A DNA stretch of 64,000 bases from Lachnospiraceae bacterium. GTDB lineage: Bacteria > Bacillota > Clostridia > Lachnospirales > Lachnospiraceae. Location of the stretch: NCBI GenBank assembly GCA_047975025.1, contig JBKECY010000050.1, positions 38,055-102,054 on the forward strand. Reading direction: 5' to 3'. Position numbers and translations under genes: made by a program. The notes below the pieces were generated by a model. That model did not search any database. It had not been told where the DNA came from and saw only the letters and a list, made by a program, of their open reading frames with translations. Below, piece by piece: positions 1 through 10,172 of the stretch (positions are counted from its first letter, which is position 1; the number at the start of each line of letters is the position of its first letter).

Positions 1-1713
1 GATATCGTGGGAGAAGACCCCATTACGTTCGATGAGTATGCACAGATGTTAAAGGCAGGGCTTGAAAGCGCACGTGTCAAAATCATTCCCCTCGCCCCGG
101 ATCAGGTACTGGTGGGAGATATTGAGCGCACACGTATCCGCGAGATTAAAATGCTTTTTTTCGTGGGAATTAATGATGGTATTATTCCTAAAAATCCGGG
201 AACCGGTGGAATTGTCAGTGAAGCCGAACGAAGGACGCTAAAGGAAAAGGAGGTGGAACTTGCGCCGGGAGCCAGAGAGCTGATGTTTCAGCAGCGATTC
301 TATCTGTATCTGATGCTGACGAAGCCGAGTGAGCGGCTGTATCTTTCCTTTAGCAAGACGAATGCGGCCGGAGATGCCCTGCTTCCTTCCTATCTGCTGG
401 GAACAATACGCAAGATGTTTCCGCAGCTGCGGATGAACGAACGACAGGAATTCGCAGAGCGGGCAGCGGCAGTTGAGCACCCGGTCCAGGGACTTGCCAT
501 ATTGCTGGAGGGGATTTCGGAGCCTCTTGCAGGGGAGGCACTGGCTGCCTGGAAGCAGTTGTATGGCTGGTATTTCAGCGAGCCGGAATTTGAGGCACGT
601 CTGTCTGGCATACTGGATGCAAAATTTATTGCAAACAAACCACTGTATTTGTCGAAGGAAGCGGTCGAGCTGCTGTATCAGACGTTTGCTAAAAGCGGAG
701 TTACCGGACTGGAGCGCTACGAAGCCTGCCATTTTGCCTATTTTCTGCAATATGGTCTGCGTATCAAGGAACGGGCGGAGCATGGATTTACGCCGATGGA
801 TCTGGGAACCATGCTGCACGATGCGCTGGAGTTTTATTCCAAAGAAGTGACAGTGCGAGGATGGGACTGGTCCGAAATCACACCGGAAGAAGCAAAAGTA
901 CTGGTGGCAGAAGGGCTGGATGCGTCGATTGATTCGTATAGTGAAGCGGTATTGCAAAGCAGCGCCCGCAACGGCTATATTAAGGAAAGAGCCAGACGGC
1001 TGCTTGAGCGCACCGTATGGGTATTGGGGCAGCAGTTTTCCCAACAGCCGTTTACTCCCGAGGAGTTCGAGCTTGTATTTCCGGGAGGCCGTATCGACCG
1101 AATTGATGAGTATAAGACACAAGAAGAGGTCTGCATACGTGTCGTTGATTACAAGACCGGAGCGAGAACCTTCGATCTGCTCTCCGTCTATTATGGCCTT
1201 CAGCTGCAGTTACTCTGGTATCTGCAAAAGGCGGCAGAATATGAGCGCCGTAAATATCCGAATCATGAAGTGAAGGCAGTGGGGGCGTTCTACTATCAAG
1301 TGGCTGACCCTATGATACGCAAATCAGCCAAATGCCAGCCGGATGCGATTCAAAGGGAGTTGTTAAAAGAACTTTCCATGACAGGGATTGCCCAAGAGTC
1401 GCTTGGCGGAGGAAAGGAAGATATCTCCATACGCTCCGGTGCGGTAAGAATTGAGGCTGAGCAAATGGAGTGTCTGCAGGAACACGTGACAGAGACGATT
1501 GAAACACTTAAGTGTACTATGCAGGAGGGGGATGTCAGTGTGGCTCCCTATGAGTTAGGAAAAGAGGTTGCCTGCACGTGGTGCCCGTATATGTCTGTCT
1601 GCGGGTTTGACCGGAAAGTGCAGGGATATGCTTATCGCAGACTGCGCAAATACTCCAATACGGAAATATGGAATCTGCTGGAATGCCAAAGGAAGAAAAA
1701 ACATAAGGAGTAA
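1..1713 (+). CDS. addB: ATP-dependent helicase/nuclease subunit B (AddB), C-terminal part; the 5' end lies outside the window
   Basis: The frame is open from base 1. It contains the RecB-family nuclease region and the C-terminal Cys cluster (CTWCPYMSVC) typical of the AddB Fe-S domain. It sits immediately upstream of addA. Confidence 0.85.
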   Translation, partial: DIVGEDPITFDEYAQMLKAGLESARVKIIPLAPDQVLVGDIERTRIREIKMLFFVGINDGIIPKNPGTGGIVSEAERRTLKEKEVELAPGARELMFQQRFYLYLMLTKPSERLYLSFSKTNAAGDALLPSYLLGTIRKMFPQLRMNERQEFAERAAAVEHPVQGLAILLEGISEPLAGEALAAWKQLYGWYFSEPEFEARLSGILDAKFIANKPLYLSKEAVELLYQTFAKSGVTGLERYEACHFAYFLQYGLRIKERAEHGFTPMDLGTMLHDALEFYSKEVTVRGWDWSEITPEEAKVLVAEGLDASIDSYSEAVLQSSARNGYIKERARRLLERTVWVLGQQFSQQPFTPEEFELVFPGGRIDRIDEYKTQEEVCIRVVDYKTGARTFDLLSVYYGLQLQLLWYLQKAAEYERRKYPNHEVKAVGAFYYQVADPMIRKSAKCQPDAIQRELLKELSMTGIAQESLGGGKEDISIRSGAVRIEAEQMECLQEHVTETIETLKCTMQEGDVSVAPYELGKEVACTWCPYMSVCGFDRKVQGYAYRRLRKYSNTEIWNLLECQRKKKHKE

Positions 1714-1722
1714 AATCTGCAT

Positions 1723-4700
1723 ATGGGAATTACATGGACCAAAGAACAAGAACAGGTAATACGGTTAAGGGAGCGCAATCTTCTGGTAAGTGCCGCCGCA
1801 GGCTCAGGGAAAACGGCGGTTCTTGTAGCGCGGATTTTGTCTATGATTACCGACCCGAAGAATCCGATAGACATTGACCGGCTGCTGATTGTGACCTTTA
1901 CACGTGCTGCGGCAGCCGAGATGCGCGCGCGTCTGGCAGCTGCGCTTGATGAGCAATGTGCGCTGGCACCAAATGACCGCCATCTGCAAAAACAGACGAC
2001 ACTTTTGCATACCGCCCAGATTACGACCATCGACGGCTTTTGTGCCTATGTCGTACGCAGCTATTTTCATGTGATTGGACTTGACCCATCCTTTAAAGTG
2101 GCGGAGGAGGGGGAAGTCACACTGCTCAAAACAGATGTGCTCGAAGAGCTTCTTGACGAGGCGTACGCATCGCAGAACCCGGCGTTTGAGAAATTTGTGG
2201 AGTCCTTTTCAGCCGGCAAAAACGATAATGATATTGAGCAGCATATTCTGGATTTGGCACGCTTTTCAGAGAGTTATCCATGGCCGGACGAGTGGCTGCA
2301 GCAGTGTGCAGCAGCTTCCGGGATCAACGAGAACGGCTCCCTTTCGGACCTTCCCTGGATGCCTCAAATATGGAAAATGTCACATCATATGCTTGCCGAA
2401 GCACAGTCACTGCTGCAGGAGGCGCTGCATATTGCACATAAGCCGCAAGGTCCCTTCCCCTACGAAGAGGCCATACAGTCAGATCTGGAATTTATGGCGG
2501 AAGCATTGCAGGTGCAGGACTATACACAAATGTTCCAAATGCTTCAGGGCTACAAATTTCCGGCACTCTCCAGAAAAAAAAGTGAGGCACTGGAAGTATA
2601 CAAAACTACGGCCAAGGATCTGCGGGATCAGGCAAAAAAAATCGTGAAACAGCTTACCGAGAGCTTTTTTACAGCTCCGGAGGCAGAGGTGTGTTCCGTT
2701 CTTGCCAATGCACAGGATTCTGTGGAGATGCTGGTTGCTTTGACCAGAGATTTCAGAAAGCGTCTGGCGGAGAAAAAACAGGCAAAAGGAATTGCAGATT
2801 TTTCTGATGTGGCACATTATGCTTTGGATATATTAATTCATAAGGAAGCGGATTCGTATGCACCTTCACAGGTAGCCATTGACTTAAGCCGGCAGTTTAC
2901 AGAAATTATGATCGACGAATATCAGGACAGCAATCATGTACAGGAGATGATCCTTACCAGTGTATCCCGGTACCATCTGGGAGAGCGCAATATCTTCATG
3001 GTGGGTGATGTAAAGCAAAGTATTTACCGGTTCCGCCTGGCGCGTCCGGAGCTTTTTATGGAGAAATTCCATACGTATGCGTTGACAGAGGCAAAAGAGC
3101 AGAGAATCGATCTGCATAAGAATTTTCGCAGCAGAAACGAAGTCCTTACAAGCATCAATTATCTGTTTGCACAGTTGATGCAAGACGACATGGGCGACAT
3201 TACATATTCGCAGGAGGTGGCGCTGTATCCGGGAGCCGACTATCCTGAACCCAAGGCGCAGTTTTGTATACCGGAAGTGCGGCTGATTGATACGAGTGAA
3301 GAGGACGAGCCTGTGCAGCCGGAGCCGTATCTGGATGAATTTCAAATAGAAGCCATGGATGTGGCAGGCAGAATTCGAGAAATCGTGGAACTCGAAGAAG
3401 TCTATGATGCCAAAGCTGGCAGTTATAGAAGCGCACGCTTTAGTGACATCGTTATCCTGCTTCGCTCTGTTTCGGCAGCGGCGGACGCATTCGCCAAGAC
3501 CTTGCTTGAGCAGGGAATTCCGGCGCATGCTGTCAGCAAGACCGGCTATTTCTCAGCGCAGGAGGTACAGACTGTTTTGAACTATCTGCGGATTTGTGAT
3601 AACCCCAGACAGGAGATTCCGCTTACGGCAGTGCTGCATTCCTTGCTTGTCGGCCTGACGCCAACCCAGCTCACGCAGATTAAGACGGCGCAGGAGGGAC
3701 TGCCTATGTATGAAGCGGTCTGCGCGTATAGTGTGACGGGAGAGGATGTGCAGCTGCGTGAAAAATTACAGGCTTTTTTGCGGCAGCTCAACGAGATTCG
3801 GGACTGTGTGAGTTATACGACGACGCACGATCTGGTACTGCGCATTCTGGAAGATACGAATTACGGAAATCAGGCGGCGGCGATGCCCGGCGGAGCACAG
3901 AGAAAAGCCAATCTGGAATTCCTGGTGGAAAAGGCACGAAGCTTTGAGCGCAGTAGCTACAAGGGGCTTTTCCAGTTCATACGGTATATCGATAAACTAA
4001 ACAAATACGAAGTGGATTTCGGTGAAGTGAATATTGTGGGAGAACGCGAGAATACGGTGCGCATCATGAGCATCCATAAGAGCAAGGGGTTGGAATTTTC
4101 CATTGTTTTTGTGTCCTGTATGGGACGGCAGATCAATTTGATGAGCTCACGTGCCAAAGTGCAGATCCACCCGACCTTAGGGATTGGGCTGGACAGCATC
4201 TATCCACAGGAGCGCATGCGTATACCTACGCTGCAAAAGGCCTTGATCAGCCGGCAGAGTAAAATTGATGACCTCGGGGAAGAGCTGCGGATTCTGTATG
4301 TTGCCATGACCAGAGCCAAGGAAAAATTAATCCTGACAGGTATTACGGATAAGCTGAACAAGCAGCTGGAAAAGGCTCCGGCTATTCTTAGCAGCACCGC
4401 CCCGATGCTCTCGTATCAGATTCGTGAAAATCCATCCACCTATTGGGGCTGGATTCTGCCGGCATTAGCCCGGCATTCGGCCATCCGGCCGCTGTATGAT
4501 GCCTATGGAATCCCGTATGAAGCAGAGGATTTCAAAGATGCCGGTGCACAGTTTGTAATTCATACGATTCCCGTACAGCAGGTTCGAATGCAGGCAGTAC
4601 ACCATGAATTCACACAGCTGCTGCAGGAAGACGAGCTGCGTCACTGGGATACGAAACTGGTGTATGATGCTGCTTTGCAGCAGACACTTGAAGAACGCTT

Positions 4701-5376
4701 TGGATTCATATACCCGCACGAGGTCTATGCAGGAACCCCGGTGAAATTGTCTGTCTCGGAGCTGAAAAAGCTCTCTACGCAGGAAGATAGTACGTTTCTA
4801 TATGAAGCACAACAGACCGACCATCGCGTGCCGGCTTTTATCGAGGTGCCGCCGGAAGCAGCAGGGGCAAGGCGAGGAACCGCATACCATCGGGTGATGG
4901 AATTACTGGATTATGCCTATTGCAAGAATCTAACGGAAGTCGAAGAACAACTGCGAAGACTGTTCACAGAACAACGAATCAGCCGGGAGGTATACGAAGC
5001 GGTTGAGGCGCAGGATGTACTCGGATTTACGCAATCTGCCATTGGGCAGAGGATGCAGCAGGCGGCACAGGCCGGTCGGCTGGTGCGCGAGCAGCCGTTT
5101 GTCCTAAGCGAGCCGGGAAATCGCTTGCATCCTGACTGGTCGCATGAGAAAATCCTGATACAAGGAGTCATCGATGCTTATTTTTATGAAGGGGATACGG
5201 TGGTCATTGTGGATTACAAGACGGACCGGGTACCGGAGGGGGATATAGAACTGCTGGGCAAACGCTATCGGGTGCAGCTGGATTACTATGCGAAAGCGCT
5301 GGAGCGGGCTACGCATAGGGAAGTGGCGGAGAAAATTATATATTCGTTTACACTGCAGCAAGAACTTTCACTCTAG
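1723..5376 (+). CDS. addA: ATP-dependent helicase/nuclease subunit A (AddA, UvrD/Rep-type helicase plus C-terminal nuclease)
   Basis: 1217 aa. Walker A AAAGSGKT near the N-terminus, UvrD-helicase motifs (IDEYQDSN, MSIHKSKGLEF, LYVAMTRAKE) and a C-terminal PD-(D/E)XK-like DYKTD motif. Confidence 0.92.
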   Translation: MGITWTKEQEQVIRLRERNLLVSAAAGSGKTAVLVARILSMITDPKNPIDIDRLLIVTFTRAAAAEMRARLAAALDEQCALAPNDRHLQKQTTLLHTAQITTIDGFCAYVVRSYFHVIGLDPSFKVAEEGEVTLLKTDVLEELLDEAYASQNPAFEKFVESFSAGKNDNDIEQHILDLARFSESYPWPDEWLQQCAAASGINENGSLSDLPWMPQIWKMSHHMLAEAQSLLQEALHIAHKPQGPFPYEEAIQSDLEFMAEALQVQDYTQMFQMLQGYKFPALSRKKSEALEVYKTTAKDLRDQAKKIVKQLTESFFTAPEAEVCSVLANAQDSVEMLVALTRDFRKRLAEKKQAKGIADFSDVAHYALDILIHKEADSYAPSQVAIDLSRQFTEIMIDEYQDSNHVQEMILTSVSRYHLGERNIFMVGDVKQSIYRFRLARPELFMEKFHTYALTEAKEQRIDLHKNFRSRNEVLTSINYLFAQLMQDDMGDITYSQEVALYPGADYPEPKAQFCIPEVRLIDTSEEDEPVQPEPYLDEFQIEAMDVAGRIREIVELEEVYDAKAGSYRSARFSDIVILLRSVSAAADAFAKTLLEQGIPAHAVSKTGYFSAQEVQTVLNYLRICDNPRQEIPLTAVLHSLLVGLTPTQLTQIKTAQEGLPMYEAVCAYSVTGEDVQLREKLQAFLRQLNEIRDCVSYTTTHDLVLRILEDTNYGNQAAAMPGGAQRKANLEFLVEKARSFERSSYKGLFQFIRYIDKLNKYEVDFGEVNIVGERENTVRIMSIHKSKGLEFSIVFVSCMGRQINLMSSRAKVQIHPTLGIGLDSIYPQERMRIPTLQKALISRQSKIDDLGEELRILYVAMTRAKEKLILTGITDKLNKQLEKAPAILSSTAPMLSYQIRENPSTYWGWILPALARHSAIRPLYDAYGIPYEAEDFKDAGAQFVIHTIPVQQVRMQAVHHEFTQLLQEDELRHWDTKLVYDAALQQTLEERFGFIYPHEVYAGTPVKLSVSELKKLSTQEDSTFLYEAQQTDHRVPAFIEVPPEAAGARRGTAYHRVMELLDYAYCKNLTEVEEQLRRLFTEQRISREVYEAVEAQDVLGFTQSAIGQRMQQAAQAGRLVREQPFVLSEPGNRLHPDWSHEKILIQGVIDAYFYEGDTVVIVDYKTDRVPEGDIELLGKRYRVQLDYYAKALERATHREVAEKIIYSFTLQQELSL

Positions 5377-6929
5377 GAATTCAACCGAAATTGTTCGGGA
5401 GTCTTTCCCGTTCCTTTTTTAAAGACCCGAAAAAAGTACTTGGTGTTGTCATATCCAACGCTTTTAGATATCTGATACATTTTCTTATCAGTGGTCAGAA
5501 GAAGTGTTTTGGCTCGCTCAATTCGAACCGAGTTAAGGTAGTTAACGAAGGTATCGCCGGTCTTGGATTTGAAAAGGTGACTGAGATAACTGCGATTCAT
5601 GTAGAAGAGTGAGGATAAAAATTCAATGGTAATATTGTTATAATAATGCTTTTGAATGTATATTTTTATTTTTTCTATGGTGTCTTTGGAAGCATAAATC
5701 GTGTGCTCCTTGAGTATAGCTGTGATATTGTCATAGAACTGCAAATAATATTGCTGAATCTCATCAAGAGAAAACATACTGTTGAGTATGTTTTGCATAC
5801 TGCTGTTGCCAGAAGAGGGATCCACCTGTTTGAAGTAATGACTCATAAGGGCCGTTGTCTGGCTTGATAGCAGGAAGCAGTATACTTTTACATCATAGAG
5901 TGTAAAATTCTCGGATTTTGAGAAAAAGGAAAACAGGTCATCCAGCAATTGTTCCATAGCAGTTTGGTCGCCGGTTTCCACACGAAACAAAAACTCCTCC
6001 TGCTTTGGCCAGTTATACTGGACGGATTCGGGGGCAGTCAGATAAGGATAGTAATAGCCTTTCGAGTCACCAAGAGTCTTTGAATTAAGTGCATGTATCG
6101 TTTCATTATAGGCTGTATGCAGGTCCGAAAGAGAAGCATGGATTTCACTGATTCCAAACAGAGCAGTCTGCACATTTTCCAGAAACATCTGATACAGCCC
6201 TTCGGTTACCTGACGGCACAAGCGGTTTACGTTTCCGCCTGCCGAGGGGACAAAAAGGATAAAAAAGCCTATATGTGAATTCGTTGTATGCTCCAGAAAA
6301 AGAGCCAAATCTCCAAAACTATTTTCGGATAAAAAGTTCTGCAGGTGTTCTGCGGTAATTGCTGAAGTAACATACATAGAAATCAGTACAAAATGATGTG
6401 TCTCATTCATTGTATGCAGACGCTGCGAGGCAAGAGTCAGCGTATCTGTTTGATGGCCAAGAAGCTGATTTTTCAGCATTTGGATATCAAGTTCGTATTT
6501 TGACTCTTCCTGTTTTTCTTTACTTATGACAATCTGTGAATTGATGGCGCAATGTGCTTCGATTCGTTTTATGGCATCCAGCATAGTATGCAGCAAAATT
6601 TCGCGGCTGAAAGGCTTTAAAATATAATCTACAGCTTTGGCAGAAATTGCCTGTTTCATATATTCAAAATCTTTATAGCCACTGATTACAATAATCTGTT
6701 TTTCTGGAAAGCGTTCGGAGAGCAGGGGTAATAATTGTGTCCCATCCATAATCGGCATATTCATATCTGTAATGATGATATCCGGATCAGTTTCAGAAAT
6801 CATCGTCAATGCGCTTGCCCCGTTTTCTGCTTCTCCGACACAGAGTAACCGGTCAGAGAGCGCTTCTAATTTCTTTTGTGTACCTTTTCTGGTCAGCTGC
6901 TCATCATCTATAACAACGTATGTATACAT
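5373..6929 (-). CDS. Two-component response regulator, REC plus AraC-type HTH output (YesN-like)
   Basis: REC domain (VVIDDEQ..., IIITDMNMPIMDG) and a C-terminal AraC/XylS HTH (KIYIQKHYYNNITIEFLSS...GKTPEQFR). I chose the start at the internal ATG (MYTYVVIDD) because the longer ORF would overlap the kinase stop at 6949. Confidence 0.85.
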   Translation of the reverse strand: MYTYVVIDDEQLTRKGTQKKLEALSDRLLCVGEAENGASALTMISETDPDIIITDMNMPIMDGTQLLPLLSERFPEKQIIVISGYKDFEYMKQAISAKAVDYILKPFSREILLHTMLDAIKRIEAHCAINSQIVISKEKQEESKYELDIQMLKNQLLGHQTDTLTLASQRLHTMNETHHFVLISMYVTSAITAEHLQNFLSENSFGDLALFLEHTTNSHIGFFILFVPSAGGNVNRLCRQVTEGLYQMFLENVQTALFGISEIHASLSDLHTAYNETIHALNSKTLGDSKGYYYPYLTAPESVQYNWPKQEEFLFRVETGDQTAMEQLLDDLFSFFSKSENFTLYDVKVYCFLLSSQTTALMSHYFKQVDPSSGNSSMQNILNSMFSLDEIQQYYLQFYDNITAILKEHTIYASKDTIEKIKIYIQKHYYNNITIEFLSSLFYMNRSYLSHLFKSKTGDTFVNYLNSVRIERAKTLLLTTDKKMYQISKSVGYDNTKYFFRVFKKGTGKTPEQFRLNS

Positions 6930-6948
6930 AGGCACTCCTTTGCAATTT

Positions 6949-8670
6949 TTATACGATAGGAATTTTAATTGTGATTTTAGTTCCTTTTCCAAGCTGGCTG
7001 GTAATGGAAAGGCCATAGCCTTCTCCATAGTAAAGGACAAGTCGAGTATGGATATTCTTAAGACCTATACTTTCTTTATTTCGCTGGCCAAGCTCCGAGA
7101 ACTCGGCTTTGCTGTCTAAATGTTTTTGAATATCCCGTAGTGTCTGTGGCTCAACGCCTACACCATTGTCTTCAATTTCGAAGATAATGTTTTGCTGCTC
7201 GGTTCGGCAGGTAAGTATGATACGGTCTCCGCTATGACAGTATTGTAGGCCATGATACAAAGCATTCTCAACAAGCGGCTGCAAAATCAGCTTTAAGACT
7301 TTTAGAGAATAATGCTCTTTCGGTATATGAATTTCGGTCGAAAATGCATTGTTGAATCTGATTTCCTGGATTGAAATATATTTCATCATATGATTTACTT
7401 CATCCTGCACCGTAACAAGTTCGCTTTGTGTTTTAATGCTATAACGAAACATATCACCCAATGCAATTGAAATAGTGGAAATAGAGTCCACCCCCTCGAT
7501 TTCAGCAATACTATTGATTGACTCTAAGGTGTTGTATAAGAAATGCGAGTTGATTTGTGCTTCCAGAGATTTCATCTGTGAGTCCAGAGTAATCAGCTTG
7601 TTCTTTAGTTCGATTTGTATATACTCAGATAAAGTTTCAATCATCTGATTGTATTCGGTATATAAGACCCCAATCTCATCAGTCCGCTCCAAATATTTCG
7701 TTGAAGTTTCCAGATTCTTACCGGATTTAATTGCCATTTTTTTGCTTAAGTGAACGATGGGTCTTGTTAAATAGGAGGAGAGTACCAGCGATAGGATAAT
7801 CGCAATCGCGGCACAGAGCAAAGCAATGGCAAGTATAAGAATGGCAGTTACTCCAAATTCCCGGTACAAGTCCTCATAGTTCACAGAAAAAACAAGCTCC
7901 AGATCGCCGGTGCTTAAGGCCGTTGTATAGGTTTGGGAAGTCTTGAATGAAATATCGGACTTTATCGAGTCGATATTGCTATATAAGACTGGACCATTCT
8001 TTTTCACGACAGCCAGCATGGCAGTTTCCGGCATTGTATTAATATTGGAAAGATCAAAAATTTTAGGAGAACAGTCGATGAACAAGACACCTAGAAATTC
8101 ATGTGTATATACATCATAAAGTGCCTGTGAGAAAGAGACGGAGGCATCTGAATTAATAATGAAACTCTTCTCAGAAACCCCATCAACATAGTATTCGCCT
8201 GCAAGATCTAATGTGTTTTGATACCATTTGTCATGTAGCGGGGTGTAGTTTGGCATTAGATCAATGCCGTAGCCATAACCAAGGGTTTCGCCACTTGGGG
8301 TAAATATGTAAATTCCATTGAGATAATCTGATGAAAATATAAGGTTTTTGCAAATAAAACGGATGTTTTCATTGCTTTGAAAAACATCATAATTGGTATA
8401 GCCGTCGGAGGAACCGCTATACTTTTTTAAGTCATCAACGATGGAATTGTCATCACCGCTGTAAAAATTAAATATGACAGATATATGCTTAATATTATCA
8501 AGAGAGGAGTTGGCCTCTAAGGTGGCTTTTTCGAAAACATTAGCTGCGGTCTCGGAAGTGCGCTCCTTGATGAGCTTCGTATAACGATCGTATGTAAAGC
8601 TTGTAATGATAATCACCGGAATGGTGGAAATTAAAAGAAATACAAGGAAAAACCTGTTTTTTAGTTTCAT
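6949..8670 (-). CDS. Sensor histidine kinase, YesM-like (N-terminal TM, extracellular sensor, second TM, HAMP, His_kinase/HATPase)
   Basis: 573 aa. It has two hydrophobic segments, the SHFLYNTLESI phospho-acceptor box of the LytS/YesM-type kinases, and N/G boxes (ENALYHG, DNGVG, GLKN). Confidence 0.85.
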   Translation of the reverse strand: MKLKNRFFLVFLLISTIPVIIITSFTYDRYTKLIKERTSETAANVFEKATLEANSSLDNIKHISVIFNFYSGDDNSIVDDLKKYSGSSDGYTNYDVFQSNENIRFICKNLIFSSDYLNGIYIFTPSGETLGYGYGIDLMPNYTPLHDKWYQNTLDLAGEYYVDGVSEKSFIINSDASVSFSQALYDVYTHEFLGVLFIDCSPKIFDLSNINTMPETAMLAVVKKNGPVLYSNIDSIKSDISFKTSQTYTTALSTGDLELVFSVNYEDLYREFGVTAILILAIALLCAAIAIILSLVLSSYLTRPIVHLSKKMAIKSGKNLETSTKYLERTDEIGVLYTEYNQMIETLSEYIQIELKNKLITLDSQMKSLEAQINSHFLYNTLESINSIAEIEGVDSISTISIALGDMFRYSIKTQSELVTVQDEVNHMMKYISIQEIRFNNAFSTEIHIPKEHYSLKVLKLILQPLVENALYHGLQYCHSGDRIILTCRTEQQNIIFEIEDNGVGVEPQTLRDIQKHLDSKAEFSELGQRNKESIGLKNIHTRLVLYYGEGYGLSITSQLGKGTKITIKIPIV

Positions 8671-8680
8671 ATGCCTCCCA

Positions 8681-8720
8681 ACCTAACAAAAGTACACCAA
8701 AACACCTAACAAAAGTACAC
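8681..8720. promoter_or_regulatory. Two perfect 17-bp direct repeats (ACCTAACAAAAGTACAC) in the divergent kinase/ABC promoter region; candidate response-regulator operator
   Basis: Copies at 8681-8697 and 8704-8720, 23 bp start to start. A 9-bp inverted repeat, TATGTATAT-N6-ATATACATA, follows directly. Confidence 0.5.
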
Positions 8721-8793
8721 TATGTATATGATATTATATACATAATTCCAAATAAAGCAATAGTAAATACAGAGAGTAACAAGGAGGAAAAGG

Positions 8794-10120
8794 ATGAAGA
8801 AGAAAGTAGTTGCCTTGCTGGTAATGAGTGTTATGGCAGTGAGTCTGTTAATGGGGTGTGGCGGTTCAAGTGATACGAAACCCAGCGATACCAGTAATGA
8901 TGGGACACTGACAGAGGATGATATCACTATCACAATGATGTTCTCCAGAACAGAAGCAGAAAATGATTTTGAAACCAAGGTATTGCCGGCACTTGTAAAG
9001 GAAGCATTTCCCAAATATAACATTGGAAGTGACAAAGCTCCCGGACGACCAGTATTATACAGCTCTAAAAACAAAACTTGCATCTGGAGAATGTGCCGAT
9101 ATCATCTTAGTACAGCCCAAATATGCGGGAGCAAATTCAGTTATAAGCCTGGCAAAAGCCGGATATTTGGAGCCGGTGGGAGATTTGAAAGTTATGGATC
9201 TGATTGGTGAAGCCGGTACAGAGTCTTTCACGTATGAGGAAGAAGTCTATGCGGTTCCCAATAGTATTACAACACTTGGCACGTATTATAATAAAGACAT
9301 GTTTGAGGCAAATGGCTTAGAGATTCCGACCAACTGGGATGAGTTCCTAAACGCTTGTGAGGTTTTGAAAAGTGCAGGAATTCAGCCGATTGTCATGGGA
9401 GATAAAGACATGTATGTGATGCAGTTCGGGCTATATCAGATTGCTGCAAATCAGGTATATGCACAGAATCCAAGCTATGATGATGAACTGAGAACAGGTG
9501 AAGTCAAATTCACGGATGAAGGAACCTGGGATACGGTACTTGAAATGTACAAGGAACTTTATGACAAAGGCTATATAGAATCTTCATCCTTAGGTCTTGG
9601 TGCACAGCAGGCAATTCAGAAATTCGTTGATGGCGAAGCGGCCATGACATTTGACGGAAGCTTTAACGCACCGGCACTGGAAGCAGAGGGTGCCGTAGCA
9701 TTTGAAAGAGGCTATTTCCCACTGCCGGGAAACAAAGCAGGAGAAGATATGTATGCATCAATTGCTATGGGAGCCGGTCCGGCGATCTATGCGGGCTCTG
9801 ACTACATTGATGAATGCAAAGCGATTCTGGAATTGTGGTTCGACGGAGAATCAGATATCTGGCAGGCATATGTAGATTCAGGAAAGATTATCCCCACATA
9901 TGGATACGGTGCGGATAATATTAACCCTCTGTTCCAGACATTCGTGGAGCTTTATAATGACGATAAATCCTTCTATTGGTGCAACCAAGGATGGCCGGCA
10001 GGAACAGAGACAGAAATGGAAGCATTATTCAGTGAAGTCATAGGACAGCAGGGAACCACCGTAGCTGATATCACGACCGGAATGCAGAATAAATTCGAAG
10101 AACTTTATACAGAAGATTAA
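8794..10120 (+). pseudogene. ABC sugar transporter substrate-binding lipoprotein, reading frame interrupted (+1) near 9007-9012
   Basis: Signal peptide plus lipobox (LLMGCGGSS) in ORF 8794..9210. The family-1 SBP body is in ORF 9023..10120. Removing one C of the CCC at 9010-9012 joins ...LVKEAFP to NITLEVTKLPDDQYY... Confidence 0.8.
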
Positions 10121-10172
10121 ATGTGGAAGGTGGAGGTCTCATCAGATCTTTACCTTTATATAGGAGATAGAA

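Noticed and set aside
238-1122. A 294-aa ORF antisense to addB. Similar long antisense ORFs occur at 26567..27007, 27779..28600, 30810..31553, 35014..35724, 47838..48392 and 63566..63976.
   Set aside because: Each lies entirely inside a well-supported gene on the other strand. They have biased composition (Cys/Arg/His/Ile-rich or low-complexity) and no recognisable motifs or ribosome-binding sites.
6930-7040. The longer N-terminal extension of the response regulator, which overlaps the kinase gene by 92 nt.
   Set aside because: The receiver domain begins right at MYTYVVIDD (ATG at 6929). The extension would overlap the kinase C-terminus and adds no domain.
8706-9083. A 125-aa minus-strand ORF spanning the promoter region and the start of the binding-protein gene.
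   Set aside because: It overlaps the strongly supported lipoprotein start and the AT-rich promoter, and there is no Shine-Dalgarno sequence or motif.
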